Shown: positions 1 to 9,201 of the stretch, one piece after another | Position numbering within the stretch: the first letter of the stretch is position 1 | Layout: every line of letters begins with the position of its first letter | NCBI GenBank assembly: GCA_963795245.1 | Contig: CAWCHA010000003.1 | Span: forward strand, 212,649 to 276,648 | From: Terriglobia bacterium | Lineage (GTDB): Bacteria > Acidobacteriota > Terriglobia > Terriglobales > Acidobacteriaceae | DNA length: 64,000 bases | Reading direction: 5' to 3' | The notes under the pieces: model-generated | Told to the model about the DNA's origin: nothing | What the model saw: only the letters and a program-made list of their open reading frames with translations | Database searches by the model: none | Made by a program: the position numbers and the translations under genes

Positions 1-729
1 GTAGCCTTTCCCGACTTCGCCGAGGACGTTGGTTTTCGGCACGGCACAGTCTTCGAGAAGCAACTCGCAGGTGGACGAAGCGCGGATCCCCAGCTTGTCT
101 TCTTTTTTGCCTACGGTGAAGCCGGGTAATTCTTTTTCAATAAGGAATGCCGTGATGCCCTTGTAACCCGCCGCGGGATCGACTGTGGCGAAGAGCACAA
201 AAATCCCGGCCTCCTTGGCGTTGGTGATCCACAGCTTGCGTCCATTGAGGACGTAGTCAGAGCCCTTGAGCGTGGCGCGGCTCTGGAGAGCAAAGGCATC
301 TGATCCCGAACCGGCCTCGCTCAGGGCGTAGGCGCCGCAGGTGTCGGCTGCCATGCGCGGCAGATAGCGTTTCTTCTGCTCCTCGTTGCCCCAGCGCAGC
401 AATGCGTTATTGACCAGCGTGTTCTGGACGTCGACAATGACGCCGGCGGAAGCGTCCACGCGGGACATTTCCTCGACCGCCAGAATCGCCTCAAAGAACT
501 TGCCGCCACCCCCGCCGTATTGCTCCGGAATCTCGATGCCCATCAGTCCCAGCTGAAAGAACTGGTGAAGCAGGTCTTTGTCGAAGACGCCCTTTTCGTC
601 CATTTCCCGGACCAGTGGCCGCACTTTCTCGTCGGCAAACTGGCGGATGTTGTCGCGAAACATGACTTCGTCTTCGGTGAAAGAGGTGAGGGGAGCTGGA
701 GAAGAAATCGTCAGCGCGTCGTCAGACAT
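1..729 (-). CDS. acyl-CoA dehydrogenase, N-terminal 243 codons (gene runs off the window start)
   Basis: Edge-truncated, so absent from the ORF track. Minus-strand translation from ATG at 727-729 reads MSDDALTISS..EDEVMFRDNIRQFADEKVRPLVREMDEKGVFDKDLLHQFFQLGLMGIEIPEQYGG..YALSEAGSGSDAFALQS..LNGRKLWITNA, typical ACAD N-terminal and middle domains. Confidence 0.85.
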   Translation of the reverse strand, partial: MSDDALTISSPAPLTSFTEDEVMFRDNIRQFADEKVRPLVREMDEKGVFDKDLLHQFFQLGLMGIEIPEQYGGGGGKFFEAILAVEEMSRVDASAGVIVDVQNTLVNNALLRWGNEEQKKRYLPRMAADTCGAYALSEAGSGSDAFALQSRATLKGSDYVLNGRKLWITNAKEAGIFVLFATVDPAAGYKGITAFLIEKELPGFTVGKKEDKLGIRASSTCELLLEDCAVPKTNVLGEVGKGY

Positions 730-747
730 GAACGAAGTTTAGCACTT

Positions 748-798
748 GTAACGCCGCCGTCTCGCCGGCTGTCTGGGCCGCCGGGACGGCGGCGCTAC
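748..798. repeat. palindromic intergenic element, family K (GGCGGGACGCC / GGCGCTAC words)
   Basis: Arms gtaacgccgccgtctcgccggc and gccgccgggacggcggcgctac are inverted repeats (19 of 22 positions). It fills the spacer between the TPR gene stop (801) and the ACAD start (729). Confidence 0.75.
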
Positions 799-800
799 AG

Positions 801-1694
801 TCAGGAGTCCTGCTTGCCGCCCTGAATGAGCTTGAGTCCGTCGGTTTGCAGAATGCGCTGAATCTGGTTGCGGGCATGGACCGCCCACGGGCCAACCGTA
901 TCCAGCTTCACATAGGCGCGCCAGTGTTTGAGTGCCTTGCGCGGCTCTTTCAGTTTTTCGTACGCCAGCGCGAGGTTATAGTGGGCGTCCGCGTACGTGG
1001 GCGCGAGTTGCAGAGCTGTACTGTAAGTCTGAATGGCCTCCGCGACCCGCCCGGTTTCGTCCAGCACATTTCCCAGATCAAAGTAGGCCAGAGCGTAACG
1101 CGGATCGACGTCGATGGCCCGGCGGTAATGCTTTTCCGCCAGCGCATATTCCTGGCGGTTGTAATGCAAGGTGCCGAGATTGATATGTGCAGCGGCGTGA
1201 TCAGGATCGAGTTCCAGTACCTGCTGGTACATCTCGATCGCGTCGGTCTGATGATTGGGATCTTCCTCGAGCGCAATGCCGCGAGCGAACAACTCGGCCG
1301 CATCGGTCGGCGCCGGGTTGGCGTAGTTGGAAATCGGTGTACTGCTCACGACCCTCTGTCCGGGAGAAAAATCAAACATGAACTGGCCGGCAATCGGCTC
1401 CAGCACTTTGCCCTGGTGACGGAATGCGATGCGGCGCCCGGCGGAGAAAGCTCCGGCTTCGAGCAGCGGGTTCTCCATCCCGGCCACTTGTTTCAACATG
1501 GCTTCAAGCGACTGCCGTATCACGGCGGGACGCACCTTGCGGGCGCACAGGTCGCGCACTTTCTTGATTTGCAGGAGTTCGAAAAAAGAATAGCTTTCGG
1601 CGGCGGCGACCAGTCCGGCTTTTTCCCACGCCGCCAGTTGACGCGCCGTGACCCGCAGAATGCGAAGCAGATCGGTTTGACTATATCGATGCAC
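801..1694 (-). CDS. MerR-like HTH / TPR repeat protein
   Basis: 297-aa ORF. N-terminal HTH-like segment YSQTDLLRILRVTARQLAAWEKAGLV, then TPR repeats (AAAHINLGTLHYNRQEYALAEKHYRRAIDVDPRYALAYFDLGNVLDETGRVAEAIQTYSTALQLAP). Confidence 0.8.
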   Translation of the reverse strand: MHRYSQTDLLRILRVTARQLAAWEKAGLVAAAESYSFFELLQIKKVRDLCARKVRPAVIRQSLEAMLKQVAGMENPLLEAGAFSAGRRIAFRHQGKVLEPIAGQFMFDFSPGQRVVSSTPISNYANPAPTDAAELFARGIALEEDPNHQTDAIEMYQQVLELDPDHAAAHINLGTLHYNRQEYALAEKHYRRAIDVDPRYALAYFDLGNVLDETGRVAEAIQTYSTALQLAPTYADAHYNLALAYEKLKEPRKALKHWRAYVKLDTVGPWAVHARNQIQRILQTDGLKLIQGGKQDS

Positions 1695-1834
1695 GGTTGA
1701 AATGAAGTGCTCGTACTATTATCGGAAAAGTTACTATCGGTTGCAAGTTGAAACTGACCGGAAAGGGAATCTACGCAGATAACTTGCCCAATTTGGAGTG
1801 CAAACTTCGTGGAAAACCCGAGCAAAATAAAATC

Positions 1835-1910
1835 TGGAGCCGACGAGCGGACTTGAACCGCTGACCTGCCGATTACGAATCGGCTGCTCTACCAACTGAG
1901 CTACGTCGGC
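1835..1910 (-). tRNA. tRNA-Thr (anticodon CGT), CCA encoded
   Basis: Minus strand GCCGACGTAGCTCAGTTGGTAGAGCAGCCGATTCGTAATCGGCAGGTCAGCGGTTCAAGTCCGCTCGTCGGCTCCA. Acceptor GCCGACG/CGTCGGC, D arm GCTC/GAGC, anticodon arm GCCGA-TTCGTAA-TCGGC, T arm AGCGG-TTCAAGT-CCGCT. Confidence 0.92.
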
Positions 1911-2728
1911 CTGAACGATGCAACCCCATTATGCCATATCAGTTTACGGATTCCGACGGCACGCTCCGGTCCCACGGTTGCGGATCGTCGCTTGTTTCGT
2001 CGAAAGGACCGATCCCAGCTTCATCGATGGCCATGAATGTGTTTATAAACCCGCCGTCAAGATGTGCCGGGCACCTAGTCGAACCCTACCGCCAGGATCG
2101 TGCTTTTGAGGGACCCCTGCCATGCCAAATAAGGTACTTGATACGTTAACTGCCGGCACGAGCAAGACGATCGGGCGGCGAGCACTGTCGGGAATCATTA
2201 ATGTTGTAAACGGGGTGATAACGCTCTGAGCCTGTGCGGCGGATTCCTCCCGAGGGCCAATGAGTGTCATGGCGATTTAGCGTCAACCACGAGCCAAGTC
2301 CGCTATTCCTACCTGCCGCCCGCGCGGAATCACCCCTTGAATCGAAAGCTCAACGCTTGTGAGCAATTTGAGAGATGAACCAAGTTAAGGGTCTGTCTCT
2401 TTTGCCAGTTCTCACATGGTAGCCTGCCACTTCTAATTAACCCATTGGGGTCCCGCCATCGCTCGGTTTCCATCGTGTGGAAGGCTACTGTAATAAAACA
2501 AGCAATGATTCTGATATTCGTCTGCACTATGGTTGCGATCTTCAGCGCATAGGCTGGGCAATGCGCGAGCGAAGCTTTCACAAAGGGACAAGTAGCGGAT
2601 CGGAGTATCCGAAAAGTGATCTATCGGACGGCTGGTCTGCAAAAGTAATCGCGGAATTCTTACCGCATCCTTGGCTCGACAAAAGCTGGAAAACGAAGCA
2701 GATAACGACATAGGGAAAGGATGCAGTC

Positions 2729-4308
2729 ATGAAGCTCATGCACAAGCACAAGGAAGACCTCATGGCCATCGTACTCACCGGTGTGCTGACCGTTAGCGCG
2801 TATTCGCAGACGCCCGCCACTCCTGCGGACGGCAGCCCACCCACGCCTGGATTCAATCACAAAATTCCCGAAAAGATCATGACGCCCGACACGGTCGAAA
2901 CCCGCATCGGGACGCTCAAATTCGTGGACGGGGTTCCAACAGCTGAAACCGCTCAGAATGTTTATGACAATCTGGATTTTCTTCGCGGCGTTGAAGTCTT
3001 TCTGAACTTCATCCCCGCTGCGTCACTGGAAGCGTTGCGTCTGGGAACGTCGATCGCGGCGCGACCAGAAGCAATCAGGCCGTTATCTTCGATCAACTGC
3101 TCGATTCCAGCCCGTTGATGCTCACGGGGAATACGGACACCGTCTACTGCTCTGTTTTCCTTGACCTGGAGGCCGATGGGCCGACCGTCGTCGAGGTTCC
3201 GCCTGGTTCTGGACCGGGTACGGTTAACGACGCGTTTTTTCGTTTCATCGTTGACATGGGCCCGCCTGGCCCGGATCAAGGCAAGGGAGGCAAGTACCTC
3301 ATCGTCCCTGAATCGTTCAAGGGCCAGATTCCCAAGGACCGAAAAGACGGTGGCGAGTATTTCGTCGCGCGTTCTCCCTCCTATGGGCACTGGCTGATCC
3401 TTCGGGGATTCCTTGTGAATGGTAAGCCCGATGCCTCCTCGAAATTGTTCCGCGAAGGGCTGAAGGTTTATCCACTGAGCAAGTCTGGTAACCCGCCCGC
3501 CATGCAGTTCATGAATGCATCGAAGGTGTTTTTTAACACGATCCACGCAAACAATTTCGAGTTTTACGAGGAGCTGAATCACGTCATCCAGAAGGAGCCA
3601 CTCGATTTATTCGATCCCGAGTTACGCGGGTTGGCGGCAAGCATCGGCATCCGCAAAGGGCAGCCGTTTGCGCCCGATGAGCGAATGAAAAAAACTCTCA
3701 TCGAGGCTGCCGCGGTCGGCAACGCCACTGCCCGATCAATTTTCTTCCGCAACCGCGATCCGCGGTCGCCCATGTTTGCGAACAGCCAGTGGCGGACAGG
3801 TTTCGTGGGCAGCGACTACCGCTGGCTCGACCTGGACGGAGTGTCGGGACGCAACCTTGACTCCCGCACAAACTTCTTCTACATGGCTACCGTCAACACG
3901 CCCGCGATGACTGCAAGGATGGTGGGTAAAGGATTGCAATACGCGATGAACCTCGTCGACCAGTCGGGCAACCCATTCGACGGCGCGAAGAATTACAGCC
4001 TTAACATCCCCGCGAACGTCCCCGCGCAGAATTTTTGGTCGGTGGTAGTCTACGACCCACAAACGCGGTCCGAGTTACAAACTCCACAGCCTTACCCCAG
4101 CAAGAACAATAAGCGCGACAAGCTGATTGTCAATGCCGACAGTTCGCTCGACCTTTACTTTGGGCCCAAAGCGCCTGCGGGCAAGGAAGCCAACTGGACT
4201 CAAACAGTTCCCGGTAAGAGCTGGTTCGCCGTCTTCCGGCTCTATGGCCCGCTCGACCCCTGGTTCGACAAGACGTGGCGTCCGGGGGAGATCGAAATGG
4301 AGAAGTAA
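2729..4308 (+). pseudogene. DUF1254/DUF1214 family exported protein, interrupted by one frameshift
   Basis: ORFs 2729-3118 and 3115-4308 are consecutive parts of one protein. Frame 2 reads ..FLRGVEVFLNFIPAASLEALRLG and frame 1 continues NVDRGATRSNQAVIFDQLLDSSPLMLTGNTDTVYCSVFLDL. The switch is at the GGG run 3043-3045, and one extra G would restore the frame. Confidence 0.75.
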
Positions 4309-4430
4309 GCGAGAGTTTTGCTGGCCCTGGTTCGAGGAGAGTGGAGCCGGGAGATTTCAAATCCATGAGGTGACCGACAAATGCAGGGCGCTCTGTTTTC
4401 GGTCATCCCTTGACGACAGGTGACATTCGT

Positions 4431-4976
4431 ATGAGCAACGTGGGAACGGTGATGAGCGGCGAAACTGCCGTCACGCGGATCGAACTGGGTTGGAAATTTA
4501 CCCGTTGGGGTCTTGGCCTATTTATCCTTGGATTCTTCACTGGCTTCGTTCCGATCCTCCATTACATGCTCGGTGCTCAAGCCGGAGATGTGGGTCCGGT
4601 ATTTCTGAAAAATATTACGTTGTGGTGGGGTTGTCCGGCGATTCTGGCTGAGTTAACGCTCAAGGTGGGTGGTCTTGGCATGATCGCGATCGGATTATGC
4701 TATGTAGCTGCAGGTCGGCAGGGTGCGTCACCAGATACTTCCAGACACGAGCGCATTGCCCCCTTGCTCTGCGCGGCCGGACTTATTGCCGAACTCGTTG
4801 CTGCCGCTGCGGGGTTCGTCATCTGCAATATTTTCTGGCCGAATTTTTATTTCCAGCCGGTCCCGATCGGGAAGAATGTATGGCTCGCTGTGCAGGGACT
4901 AAGCATCGCGGTATATGTAGTCGGCATTTGCTACGCGTTCGCCGGCATCCGCATGGCATCGCGTCAACTTCGATGA
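4431..4976 (+). CDS. hypothetical integral membrane protein (about 4 TM helices)
   Basis: ORF 4410-4976. The first ATG is at 4431 (MSNVGTVMSGE). Hydrophobic segments include WGLGLFILGFFTGFVPILHYML and VWLAVQGLSIAVYVVGICYAFAGI. I recognise no family. Confidence 0.6.
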   Translation: MSNVGTVMSGETAVTRIELGWKFTRWGLGLFILGFFTGFVPILHYMLGAQAGDVGPVFLKNITLWWGCPAILAELTLKVGGLGMIAIGLCYVAAGRQGASPDTSRHERIAPLLCAAGLIAELVAAAAGFVICNIFWPNFYFQPVPIGKNVWLAVQGLSIAVYVVGICYAFAGIRMASRQLR

Positions 4977-5196
4977 CTTGAATCTCCCGGCAAAGTCGAG
5001 TTTGTCTTAGATCTACGGCGTTGCCTGAGGGGGTGGCTGGGGCTTCTTAAGTGGGAAGGCCAAATTGAGACCGGACAAATTCCTACGAAATCGCGATCTG
5101 TTAAGGTGTCCGCAGAATGCCGAATCAGGTTATCCTGGGTGATCCGAGCTTTCGTTTTGTGCTTGTAAATGGTTGGGATTGCTTCGGGCGCCGCGG

Positions 5197-5243
5197 TGCC
5201 GAGAATTACGAATCGGCTGCTCTACCAACTGAGCTATGTCGGC
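5197..5243 (-). pseudogene. tRNA-Thr fragment (5' two-thirds only)
   Basis: Minus strand GCCGACATAGCTCAGTTGGTAGAGCAGCCGATTCGTAATTCTCGGCA matches tRNA-Thr positions 1 to about 44, with one substitution and a 3-nt insertion after the anticodon loop. No T arm or 3' acceptor strand follows. Confidence 0.8.
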
Positions 5244-5309
5244 CTGCATTTCGATTCTAACTGCGAGTGCTGTGAGCGTAAAGGTGTCTGGGCTCTCGTC
5301 CTTGGTCCT

Positions 5310-5435
5310 GGCCATTGGTCGTTGGCAAAACATTCCCGAAGATCGACGCTTGGAGATTCATGCTCACCCAGATCACGCGGCTCGGTATTTTTGTTTTGGC
5401 TTTGCGCTTTTGCCAATGACCAACGACCAACGGCC
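5310..5435. repeat. palindromic intergenic element, family E (GGTCGTTGG / CCAACGACC words)
   Basis: Left arm ggccattggtcgttggcaaaa (5310-5330) and right arm ttttgccaatgaccaacgaccaacggcc (5408-5435) are inverted repeats around an 80-nt spacer. Confidence 0.75.
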
Positions 5436-5442
5436 AAGGACT

Positions 5443-5483
5443 AAAAAAAAGGCCACCCTGGCAAAGGGGCGGCCTCTTCTTTT
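5443..5483. terminator. bidirectional rho-independent terminator
   Basis: An A8 run, then stem ggccaccc / ggggcggcc with loop tggcaaa, then tcttctttt. On the minus strand this reads as a hairpin followed by U8, downstream of the 5669-6847 gene. Confidence 0.7.
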
Positions 5484-5668
5484 AAGGGAGAATAGTTCCA
5501 ACGGGGCAAAAAATCCGTCAAAACTTTCTGGCGAAATCTTATGAGCCGAAAAAGGGGTACGTCAAGCGATTTTTGTGAAATAAATATCTTTGTTTTCAAC
5601 AACTTAAAAAATAGGTTAACAGGTCCTAATCTTGACCTATTTTTGTTTCCGGAGGCATTTTCCCTCTC

Positions 5669-6847
5669 CTAAACGGCTTTGATTGATGGGCTTACCTTCG
5701 AATCCGGGCCCTCTTCCTGACCGTCGGACAGGTTCAGGGAGATGAAATCCGTGGGCTTTTCGCGATGCAGAACCCGCTCCGGCAGAATGTGGTTCAGGAA
5801 GATGCGGATGCCCCCAAAGGCGAGTCCGGCGACGCCCGCGAACACGATCAGAATTCCGCACAGCAGGAAAACGTTGATCAGCAGGTTCCCCAGATTATTT
5901 TTCTTGCCCTGAAATGTGTTCTCGTTCCAGGTAACGTCAGCTTCGTAATTCACTCCATTCAACAAGCTGCGTGCTTCACCTTGTGAAATCGCGCCGCTTA
6001 CGATCGCGACGATTGGACCCGTGCGCTTGTCGAACATCGGCGTAACAATCCTGGCCGGAGATCCAGCCTGCGCCGGCGGCCCGGACTGGTTGGCGGCGTC
6101 AATTTTTTTCAGGTGCTCCGCAGCCAGTTGCGGAGTCGGATACTCGATCAGCATCAGCGTCGCCAGCCCGTCGGATGATTGATACGAACCCATGGCCACT
6201 TCTGCGCTGGAACCGAAGTCGACCAGTTCCAGGGAAAGCGGTGCGCCGATTTTCTCCAGGCCCACTGGTCCCATCACGTATTTCGCGGTGTTCTTGACGT
6301 AGTTGGATTTCGGAAGGTACTGCGGCAGAATAGGCAGGTTCCGCGAGTTGCCTGGGGGCAACTGCAATCCTTCCGCGAGTTCCCGCAGTTCGGCGGTAGA
6401 CATGGCGGTCAGCTTGTCGAAGACCGCGTCTATCAGAATATTTCCGCGATAGAACAGCACTCGCTCATTGAGCGACGCCGCCTGGTCCGGGATCGACTCC
6501 TTGAGCATCTGCGGCAGCTTGTAATAGGTAAAGGCGCCGTATGCACCGCTGGCGTCGGCGAAGCGGATGGCTTTGAGGGCGACTTTCCGTCCGTCTTCGC
6601 GGGTGTAGGTGCCGGATTCGAAGTCGGTCAGTCCGTATTCCTTGAGCAGGGCGGCGTTTACCCCATCGGCGACTGCCGGATCCTTACTGGTGCGGGTCCC
6701 GGAAATCTGCCATCCCCCGAATTGCGGCGGGAGAATTGTCGCTGTCGTTGTCGCTGTTGCTGGTGTGGCCGCGGGCGGCCCACCCGCGAAGGCAGCGCCC
6801 AGGCCTAGACCCAAAAAGATGAGAACGGATGCGAATCTGGTCAACAT
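5669..6847 (-). CDS. hypothetical exported protein with C-terminal membrane anchor
   Basis: 392-aa ORF. Signal peptide MLTRFASVLIFLGLGLGAAFAG and C-terminal TM LLINVFLLCGILIVFAGVAGLAFGGIRIF. I cannot name a family with confidence. Confidence 0.7.
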   Translation of the reverse strand: MLTRFASVLIFLGLGLGAAFAGGPPAATPATATTTATILPPQFGGWQISGTRTSKDPAVADGVNAALLKEYGLTDFESGTYTREDGRKVALKAIRFADASGAYGAFTYYKLPQMLKESIPDQAASLNERVLFYRGNILIDAVFDKLTAMSTAELRELAEGLQLPPGNSRNLPILPQYLPKSNYVKNTAKYVMGPVGLEKIGAPLSLELVDFGSSAEVAMGSYQSSDGLATLMLIEYPTPQLAAEHLKKIDAANQSGPPAQAGSPARIVTPMFDKRTGPIVAIVSGAISQGEARSLLNGVNYEADVTWNENTFQGKKNNLGNLLINVFLLCGILIVFAGVAGLAFGGIRIFLNHILPERVLHREKPTDFISLNLSDGQEEGPDSKVSPSIKAV

Positions 6848-6935
6848 AGGAAAATCGGGCCGGGAGCGGAGAAGCCCTGTACTAATTAGACTACAGACCG
6901 GGCAGGAAAGTTTCCATCCGGTGAGAGGCTGGTTT

Positions 6936-7045
6936 CTTTGCGTTCGTTTGCGGAATTCTTTGGGTCCTTTGCGGTTAGAGGTTTTGCACTCACTGGCAGC
7001 AGGATCAAAACCATAACCGCAAAGAACGCAAAGGATTCCGCAAAG
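6936..7045. repeat. palindromic intergenic element, family C (CTTTGCG / CGCAAAG words)
   Basis: Left arm ctttgcgttcgtttgcggaattctttgggtcctttgcggttagaggtttt pairs with right arm aaaaccataaccgcaaagaacgcaaaggattccgcaaag. It ends 8 nt before the amidase stop codon. Confidence 0.8.
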
Positions 7046-7052
7046 GGGGGAA

Positions 7053-9125
7053 CTACTGGCCTTCGCTCTTATCGATCTTGCTGGCGACTTTGACGCCGCT
7101 CAGGCCGCCGACGTACTTTGATATTCCCCGATAGAGCGATTCCGCGATGCGCTGGCGGTAGTCGGAAGTTTGCAGTCGCCGTTCGTCCCCTGGGTTGCTG
7201 ACGAATGAAACCTCGGCCAGAATCGACGGCATGTTGGCCCCAATAAGTACTATAAATGGCGCCTTCTTGACTCCACGGTCGCGGATTCCGGGGCTCTTGG
7301 CGGAGAGTCCAGTGTGCAGGGCATGCTGCACGTTCGAGGCAAATTCGCGCGATTCCTCAATTTTCTCTTTCAGCGCGATCTTCTTCACCAGGTCCTGAAG
7401 TTCGTGGATCGATTTGTCCGAGGCCGCATTTTCGCGGGCCGCCACATCCAGTGCTTCAGAAGACGAGGTGAAGTTCAGGTAGTAGGTCTCGACGCCCCGG
7501 GCATCGCGGTCGCGACTGGAGTTGGCATGGATCGAAACGAACAGATCCGCCTGCTCCTGGTTGGCGATCGAAGTGCGAGTTTCGAGCGGGATAAAGGTGT
7601 CATCCTTGCGGGTATAAACCACGTCGGCGCCCATGCGTGTCTGCAACAGCTTGCCCAGCCGCCGCCCGACGTCAAGCACCAGATCTTTTTCTTCCAGGCC
7701 GTTGGGGCCGATGGTGCCCGTATCGTGTCCGCCGTGGCCGGGATCAATCACAATCTTGCCGATTTTTAGTCCCAATGCACGGATGAGCGAGCGATCGCCG
7801 TTGGCCGTAGGCGATGCTTCGCGGGCATCCGGAAAAACGATGGCGGGCGGCTTGCGTTTACCGTGGTTCGCGCTCTTCGCGAGTGTGGGCAGGGCTGGTG
7901 CAGGACCGGCCATGGCGATCGGCGCCTTGGACGCAGGCATGACGCGTGGAGGATCAAGTTTGGCTTCCGTGACGGCACTGTCCTCGTCATCGCCGTCGGC
8001 TTCTACAACGACCTTTCGGGGACTGTTGCTCACTGCCAGAGCCGGCTGAGAGGCTTTCTTTTGCGGGAGGTTCGGGCTTGAAACCGACTTACTCTGAGCA
8101 TCCCCGCCGTGAACATCCCCACCGTGAATATCAATCACCAGACGCGGCGGATCGTTCAGCAGCGACGTGGTGTATTCGGAACGGTCTGCGACTTCGAGAA
8201 CGATCCTGGACTTTCCTGGTTGAAACTGTGCCACGCGGATCTTTTTCAGCAGGCCATCGTCGACATCGAAAGTCTTGCCCAGCAACGATGACGCAAGATT
8301 GGTGTCGCGCAGATCGAAGAAGATCCGTTCGGGATTCTCAATGCGTTGGGCTTCGAACTTTACGTTCTTATCGAGGCCAATCGTCACCCGGGTGTAATTC
8401 TCATTCGACGCGTGGTGGATACCCGTGATCTTTGCGGCCTTCGGACTGTCGTCGTTCGCGTCGGCGTCGTTGGAAGTATCTTCGGTCGCTGTCGATTTCA
8501 CCGCCTGGCGGGAAGCCGGCTTGACAGTTGGCTTGGAATCGCCGGAACTGTCAGTTGAATTGTTGTCGTCTTTTGATCTCAGGCTTGCCTGCTGCACCGG
8601 CTCGGCGAGCGCCTTGCGGGCGTCATCCGCCAGATGGTGGTGGGGATAGCGACGCACGAACTCCTCAAAGGCGAGTTTGGCCTGGGCGGAATCCTTGAGA
8701 TCGTCGTGATAGATCTGGCCGATGGCGAAGAGCGCATCGAAGCGGTCGCGGCTGCCTGGATATTCCCGGCGCAAGAACTTGTACTGCCCGACGGCCGAGT
8801 GCAATGCCTTGTTATCGTCAAAGCGACGGCCCATTTCAGTCATCAACTCGGCCACCGCAACCGCACTGGGATCGGCCTTGGAAGAAGCGGGCGAGCCGTA
8901 ATACACCCGCCGGTAGGCAGCAATCACGCGCTGATATTCGGTGCGGGTTTGTTCCGCGGCAGGGTGGCTGTTCAGAGTTTCACGCAGGTGCTGCGCCGTG
9001 GCGTATTGGTTTGAGGCCCAGGCTTCCGATTTGCCCCGCGCTTGCAGGGGCAATGCCGGGAGCAATAGCAGGAGCAGAGCCGCACCCAGCCGCCCTGCGC
9101 GTTGGCCTCGATCAGAGTTCTTCAA
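7053..9125 (-). CDS. amiC: N-acetylmuramoyl-L-alanine amidase with TPR-like N-domain and AMIN domain
   Basis: 690-aa ORF. Signal peptide, AMIN-like segment (ITGIHHASNENYTRVTIGLDKNVKFEAQRIENPERIFFDLRDTNL) and Amidase_3 core (IVIDPGHGGHDTGTIGPNGLEEKDLVLDVG..ADLFVSIHANSS..PSILAEVSFVSNP). Confidence 0.88.
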   Translation of the reverse strand: MKNSDRGQRAGRLGAALLLLLLPALPLQARGKSEAWASNQYATAQHLRETLNSHPAAEQTRTEYQRVIAAYRRVYYGSPASSKADPSAVAVAELMTEMGRRFDDNKALHSAVGQYKFLRREYPGSRDRFDALFAIGQIYHDDLKDSAQAKLAFEEFVRRYPHHHLADDARKALAEPVQQASLRSKDDNNSTDSSGDSKPTVKPASRQAVKSTATEDTSNDADANDDSPKAAKITGIHHASNENYTRVTIGLDKNVKFEAQRIENPERIFFDLRDTNLASSLLGKTFDVDDGLLKKIRVAQFQPGKSRIVLEVADRSEYTTSLLNDPPRLVIDIHGGDVHGGDAQSKSVSSPNLPQKKASQPALAVSNSPRKVVVEADGDDEDSAVTEAKLDPPRVMPASKAPIAMAGPAPALPTLAKSANHGKRKPPAIVFPDAREASPTANGDRSLIRALGLKIGKIVIDPGHGGHDTGTIGPNGLEEKDLVLDVGRRLGKLLQTRMGADVVYTRKDDTFIPLETRTSIANQEQADLFVSIHANSSRDRDARGVETYYLNFTSSSEALDVAARENAASDKSIHELQDLVKKIALKEKIEESREFASNVQHALHTGLSAKSPGIRDRGVKKAPFIVLIGANMPSILAEVSFVSNPGDERRLQTSDYRQRIAESLYRGISKYVGGLSGVKVASKIDKSEGQ

Positions 9126-9201
9126 TTTTCCAGCCTGTGTTCCGCCTAACCCGTAATCGCCTGGTGATGTGTTGTGGACCCTATTTACAGACGCCGGTTT
9201 C

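Noticed and set aside
846-1700. Long antisense or overlapping ORFs in the track. Examples: 846-1700, 6179-6808, 12746-13588, 14039-15058, 22383-23261, 24330-25013, 25239-26540, 29711-30310, 31105-31854, 40229-40864, 42622-43293, 45089-45766, 60293-61165, 62355-63221
   Set aside because: Each lies opposite or out of frame to an ORF with clear family signatures. Their translations are Arg/Gly/Ala-rich low-complexity sequence, typical of high-GC shadow frames.
1911-2728. Looked for an integrase or other mobility gene next to tRNA-Thr
   Set aside because: All six frames are riddled with stops. I could read only short fragments without recognisable recombinase motifs, so no integrase is called.
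5197-5243. A second functional tRNA-Thr gene
   Set aside because: Only the acceptor 5' strand, D arm and anticodon arm are present, and a 3-nt insertion enlarges the anticodon loop region. No T arm or 3' acceptor strand can be found downstream.
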